A stretch of 32,000 nt of DNA, from NCBI RefSeq assembly GCF_029504745.1, contig NZ_JAQFIQ010000022.1:1-32000 (forward strand). Reading direction: 5' to 3'. The position numbers and the translations under genes were made by a program. Source of the DNA: Breznakia sp. PF5-3. Its GTDB lineage: Bacteria; Bacillota_I; Bacilli_A; Erysipelotrichales; Erysipelotrichaceae. Each line of letters begins with the position of its first letter. Within the stretch, counting starts at the first letter, position 1. Of this stretch, positions 28,670 to 32,000 are shown in pieces. Below the pieces are notes generated by a model that was not told the origin of the DNA, did no database searches, and saw only the letters and a list, made by a program, of their open reading frames with translations.

Positions 28670-29404
28670 CTATTCCCATTTAAATAATTTAATGGATAAC
28701 GTTGTACAGACAATTATAATGGCAACCATGATAAGAATTGGAAACATATTTGATATCTCCATATTGAGCGAAACTGCTTCTAGTAATTTTATTCCTTGGG
28801 TTAAAGGCAAGAAATCAGCAATCTTTTGTAATGATGTAGGCATTATCTCATAAGGTAACGTCGTTCCTGAAAATACTAACATCGGAAAATATAATAAACT
28901 CGTAATCAGTGAAGCTGTCTTCATGTTTGCTGATAACCCACCAACCATCATGCCAATCGAAAACATCGATGCCATCACTAAAACATAATAACCTAAAAAC
29001 TGCCATAGTGGTCCTTGCATTTGATAACCAAAGAAAATAGTCGCTAATAGATATACTAAAATTAAAGAAGCGACTGCATAAATTATATATATTGCAACCT
29101 GTACAATTAAGATTAGAAGTGGACTTATTGGTGTTACTTGAAGTCTTTTCAAAATCTTTTTCTGCCGATAATCAGCAACCACTAATGGCAACCCCATAAG
29201 CCCTCCAGCACAGATGCCAACCGTCGATACAGCACTGAATGAGCGGGAAATCATTTCGGTACTCCCATTATTTCCACTATAGATTGAGCCAATTAAAAAC
29301 ATGATTACAACTGGCATAAGAATCGCAAAAATTACCATATTCATATCTCGAATAGAAAGTATAAATTCTACTTTCAACATTTCTTTAAAAGTTTTCAATA
29401 TCAT
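28670..29404 (-). CDS. ABC-2 type transporter permease
   Basis: Six-TM ABC-2-like membrane protein. Start set to ATG 29404 (MILKTFKEMLKVEF...), preceded by AAGGAGG with short spacing. ATG 29380 is an alternative, and the ORF-track start 29473 lies deep inside the ATPase gene. Confidence 0.8.
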   Translation of the reverse strand: MILKTFKEMLKVEFILSIRDMNMVIFAILMPVVIMFLIGSIYSGNNGSTEMISRSFSAVSTVGICAGGLMGLPLVVADYRQKKILKRLQVTPISPLLILIVQVAIYIIYAVASLILVYLLATIFFGYQMQGPLWQFLGYYVLVMASMFSIGMMVGGLSANMKTASLITSLLYFPMLVFSGTTLPYEIMPTSLQKIADFLPLTQGIKLLEAVSLNMEISNMFPILIMVAIIIVCTTLSIKLFKWE

Positions 29405-30116
29405 TATCCTCCTTATTGATATACCATAGATACGCATCTTCCAATGTCTCATAAGGACTCTCCTTAATTGCATCTTTTACACTTCCATAATAAATAAATC
29501 TTCCTTCTTTCAAAATACCAATTTGATCACAGAGAATCTCTACTTCATCCATAAAATGTGAAGTCAAAAAGATACTCATTCCTGCTTCTTTTAACTTTTT
29601 GATTGATTCCCATACAAATCTTCTTGCTTGTGTATCTAATCCTGTTGTTAACTCATCTAAAAACAAGACTTCAGGATTTGGCAATAATGCTAAAACAATA
29701 AATAACCGCTGTCGTTGTCCACCAGATAATTCCTTTACCATACTTGATATTTTTTCTTCTAGACCAAATTGCTTCAACAATACTTTATAATCTTGAGGAT
29801 TTGTATAAAATGATGATGTTTCTTCACACAATTCGTTAACTTTTATCTTATCTTGATAACTCCCTTCTTGAAACTGGACACCAACATGTTTAAATAATAA
29901 TTTGCGTTCTTTTCGTGGATCTTTTTCCAAAACTGATATCTTTCCTTGATCTGCAACTCTTGTTCCTAACACACACTCTATCGTCGTCGTTTTACCAGCA
30001 CCATTCGCTCCTAATAAACCAAAGACCTCTCCCTTATCTACGGAAAAAGATATGCCCTTTAAAACCTCTTTTTGATCGTACGCTTTTGATAAATTTTCTA
30101 CATTTATTGTTTTCAT
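29385..30116 (-). CDS. ABC transporter ATP-binding protein
   Basis: Walker A GANGAGKTT, signature LSGGQRQR, Walker B LFLDELTTGLD, H-loop TSHFM. Start moved to ATG 30116 (MKTINVENL), preceded by AAGGAGG. Confidence 0.92.
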   Translation of the reverse strand: MKTINVENLSKAYDQKEVLKGISFSVDKGEVFGLLGANGAGKTTTIECVLGTRVADQGKISVLEKDPRKERKLLFKHVGVQFQEGSYQDKIKVNELCEETSSFYTNPQDYKVLLKQFGLEEKISSMVKELSGGQRQRLFIVLALLPNPEVLFLDELTTGLDTQARRFVWESIKKLKEAGMSIFLTSHFMDEVEILCDQIGILKEGRFIYYGSVKDAIKESPYETLEDAYLWYINKEDNDIENF

Positions 30117-30135
30117 AAAGCCTCCTTCTGACAAA

Positions 30136-30166
30136 ATAATAACACCAGTTCAAAGTCTGGTGTTAT
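30136..30166 (-). promoter_or_regulatory. 10-bp dyad within a 19-bp-spacer promoter-like element (candidate MerR-type operator/promoter of the ABC genes); alternatively a weak terminator
   Basis: Minus strand reads ATAACACCAG-N8-CTGGTGTTAT. ATAACA (30166-30161), 19-nt spacer, TATTAT (30141-30136). The dyad centre (30152/30153) lies within about 2 bp of the spacer centre (30151). The element overlaps the merR stop codon and ends 8 nt before the ABC SD. Confidence 0.4.
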
Positions 30167-30906
30167 GATGGAGGGTTTAGTTTTTTCAAAATTTTATATG
30201 CTTGTTTGGCATTGCCTTTTGCTGTATGTAAAGAAGATATAAGTTCATCACATACGGTGATAATGTATTCATCTGGATGTGGTGTATTGATGAGTGAGCG
30301 AACATCTGAAGTGGGATCTTCACTTACTTTATTCAACATCCTCATAATTGCGGTCAATGAGTAATTTGCATAACGTAACAAACGAATAATTTTCAATCGA
30401 TTGATATCTTCTTCATAATACACCCGATAGCCATTCTTTTTCCGTTTTACTAAGATAAGACCATTCAATTCCCAATTACGCAAACGATCTATAGAAATAC
30501 CTAATACATCAGCCGTCTCTTTACGAGTCAAACAAGCCTCTGAATTCTCCTTTTTACCATGTAACATCTTTTCAACAATCTCAATTGCTTCTTCCGCATT
30601 TTGCCTTTCCTCATCAATTTGATTTAAATATTCCAAGGTGAGTTTTAAGGCTTCATCATATTCTTGTAAGGCCATAACCTTAATAATTGTCACAACCTTC
30701 TTACGCATTCCATTCTGTACGATTGGTACTTGAAAAAGACTACGTAGAATTCGCATTTGTTGAAGATGTAAATCCGTAAAAATACGATAGCCATTCTTTT
30801 TTCTTTTCGGTTTTGTGATAAATCCCCATTCTTCATACAGACGTACAGTATTGGAATGCACCCCTATTAATTTAGCGATTTCAGATGTAGAATATGTTTT
30901 ATCCAT
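30163..30906 (-). CDS. MerR family transcriptional regulator with two tandem MerR HTH domains
   Basis: Two MerR-type HTH units. The first is YSTSEIAKLIGVHSNTVRLYEEWGFITKPKRKKNGYRIF. The second is LTRKETADVLGISIDRLRNWELNGLILVKRKKNGYRVY. Start moved to ATG 30906 (MDKTYSTSEIA), with GAGGG 5 nt upstream. Confidence 0.85.
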   Translation of the reverse strand: MDKTYSTSEIAKLIGVHSNTVRLYEEWGFITKPKRKKNGYRIFTDLHLQQMRILRSLFQVPIVQNGMRKKVVTIIKVMALQEYDEALKLTLEYLNQIDEERQNAEEAIEIVEKMLHGKKENSEACLTRKETADVLGISIDRLRNWELNGLILVKRKKNGYRVYYEEDINRLKIIRLLRYANYSLTAIMRMLNKVSEDPTSDVRSLINTPHPDEYIITVCDELISSLHTAKGNAKQAYKILKKLNPPS

Positions 30907-30927
30907 AATAACCCTCATTTTTTATTT

Positions 30928-30936
30928 ATTATCCCA
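30928..30936 (-). promoter_or_regulatory. extended -10 element (TGGGATAAT) upstream of the MerR gene
   Basis: The minus strand reads TGTGGGATAATAAATAAAAATGAGGGTTATTATG, located between the rpsR terminator and the MerR SD. Confidence 0.4.
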
Positions 30937-30940
30937 CACA

Positions 30941-30975
30941 AATAAAAAAGAGCAAATTACTTCGCTCTCTTTTTT
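30941..30975 (-). terminator. intrinsic terminator downstream of rpsF-ssb-rpsR
   Basis: Minus-strand RNA AAGAGAGC / GCUCUUUU (8 bp, one G-U pair), 10-nt loop, U-rich tail. Begins about 10 nt after the rpsR stop. Confidence 0.7.
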
Positions 30976-30985
30976 CATTATATAA

Positions 30986-31216
30986 TTAGTCTTCTACATA
31001 TGGTAACAATGCCATTTGACGAGCACGTTTGATAGCAGTAGCAAGCATTCTTTGATACTTTGCCTTTGTCCCTGTAACACGTCTAGGAATAATTTTCCCA
31101 TTAGCAGAAATAAATCTTCTCAACAATTCTACATCCTTGTAGTCAATTGTTTCAATTTTATTTTTCGTAAAATAACATACTTTTTTACGTCCAACTCTTT
31201 GTTTTTTATAAGCCAT
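30986..31216 (-). CDS. rpsR: 30S ribosomal protein S18
   Basis: 76 aa with KKVCYFT ... [14 protein letters not shown] ... [10 protein letters not shown] ... [12 protein letters not shown], the classical S18 sequence. Confidence 0.97.
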   Translation of the reverse strand: MAYKKQRVGRKKVCYFTKNKIETIDYKDVELLRRFISANGKIIPRRVTGTKAKYQRMLATAIKRARQMALLPYVED

Positions 31217-31230
31217 GATATACTCCTTTC

Positions 31231-31686
31231 TTAGAATGGTAAATCATCACTTGCAATATCTAATGTATCGTTTGCGAAATCATCTGCAACTGATGATGAT
31301 TGATCTTGTTGTGTAAAACCACTTGGATCTTGTGGTACATAAGTTTGTGTGCTGTTATTACTACTAGCATTCTTAGGTTCCAAGAATTGTACATTGTCAA
31401 CTACTACATCTGTAGTATAAACTGTCTTGCCATCTTTATCTTGATAGCTTCCGGTTTGAATTCTTCCCTCAATACCAATTAAAGCACCTTTGTTTAAATA
31501 TTGATTCATTAACTCTGCTGTCTTGTTCCAAGCAATACATCTAATAAAATCAGCTTCTGGCTGACCTTCTTGTTTGAAACGACGATTAACAGCCATCGTA
31601 AATGAAACAACAGAGGTTCCTGATTGTGTTTTTCTTAACTCTATATCTTTTGTGATACGTCCAACTAAAACAACTCGATTGATCAT
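31231..31686 (-). CDS. ssb: single-stranded DNA-binding protein
   Basis: 151 aa. [20 protein letters not shown]-fold opening, Gln/Ser-rich linker and acidic C-terminal tip DDLPF. Confidence 0.97.
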   Translation of the reverse strand: MINRVVLVGRITKDIELRKTQSGTSVVSFTMAVNRRFKQEGQPEADFIRCIAWNKTAELMNQYLNKGALIGIEGRIQTGSYQDKDGKTVYTTDVVVDNVQFLEPKNASSNNSTQTYVPQDPSGFTQQDQSSSVADDFANDTLDIASDDLPF

Positions 31687-31697
31687 AATAAACCTCC

Positions 31698-31991
31698 TTA
31701 TTTCTCTTCGTCAGTTTTTACAACTAAGAAACGAATAACGTTTGCATTAATTCTCGTTAAACGATTAAATTCAGCAATTGCTTCATTTCCAGCAGTAACA
31801 TCAATTACGTAGTAAAAACCTTTTGTCATATGGTTGATTTCATACGCGAACTCTTTGCTTCCCCATTCGTCAACTTTGTCGATGGTAGCACCATTGTCAG
31901 TAAGTGTTTTATGAACACTTTCAACAACCTTTGCTCTAGCAGCATCCTCAAGTGATGCGTTCACGATGTACATAATTTCATATTTTCTCAT
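31698..31991 (-). CDS. rpsF: 30S ribosomal protein S6
   Basis: MRKYEIMYIV... is the canonical S6 N-terminus. Start set to ATG 31991, because the ORF-track extension to 32000 is a window-edge artefact. The RBS lies outside the window. Confidence 0.93.
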   Translation of the reverse strand: MRKYEIMYIVNASLEDAARAKVVESVHKTLTDNGATIDKVDEWGSKEFAYEINHMTKGFYYVIDVTAGNEAIAEFNRLTRINANVIRFLVVKTDEEK

Positions 31992-32000
31992 TTCGTACAC

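Overview
AT-rich (roughly 30-33% GC by eye) chromosomal segment from a low-GC Bacillota genome. The gene content and order look Erysipelotrichia- or Bacillus-like, but this cannot be confirmed without a database search. I call 32 protein-coding genes, 30 of them on the minus strand, and found no rRNA, tRNA, CRISPR array, IS element or integrase. Left to right the window holds: (1) a cellobiose/beta-glucoside PTS operon (IIB-IIC-IIA plus a GH1 6-phospho-beta-glucosidase) with a divergent LicR/ManR-type PRD activator; (2) a VanS/VanR-like two-component system divergent from a membrane-anchored C39-like cysteine peptidase; (3) an overlapping S41 peptidase-uvrB-MFS gene string; (4) a glycogen/glucose-phosphate block (ptsH, pgcA, Dabb, glgB, glgP); (5) a pyrimidine-salvage-like string (Udp-like phosphorylase, rlmH, PD-(D/E)xK nuclease-fold protein, DUF523, blasticidin-S-deaminase-like cytidine deaminase); (6) the conserved rpsF-ssb-rpsR ... 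yybS-gdpP-rplI-dnaB-yycJ neighbourhood, interrupted by a MerR-ABC exporter module. Most of this is ordinary housekeeping DNA and I see no clear mobile or defence island. The items most worth follow-up are non-coding or contextual. They are a promoter-hairpin-terminator unit that looks like an unannotated sRNA with a CU-rich loop (22958-23110), and a phased TTCTTAA repeat array in the divergent two-component-system/peptidase promoter. They also include a tandem-HTH MerR whose stop codon sits inside a dyad-bearing promoter with a 19-bp spacer, a plus-strand-only terminator inside the IIB-IIC spacer, a possibly leaderless rlmH, and an orphan sce7726/MmcB-like nuclease-fold gene. Several ORF-track starts were moved to downstream start codons that have a proper Shine-Dalgarno sequence. 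All family assignments rest on motifs read from the translations and need HMM/BLAST confirmation.
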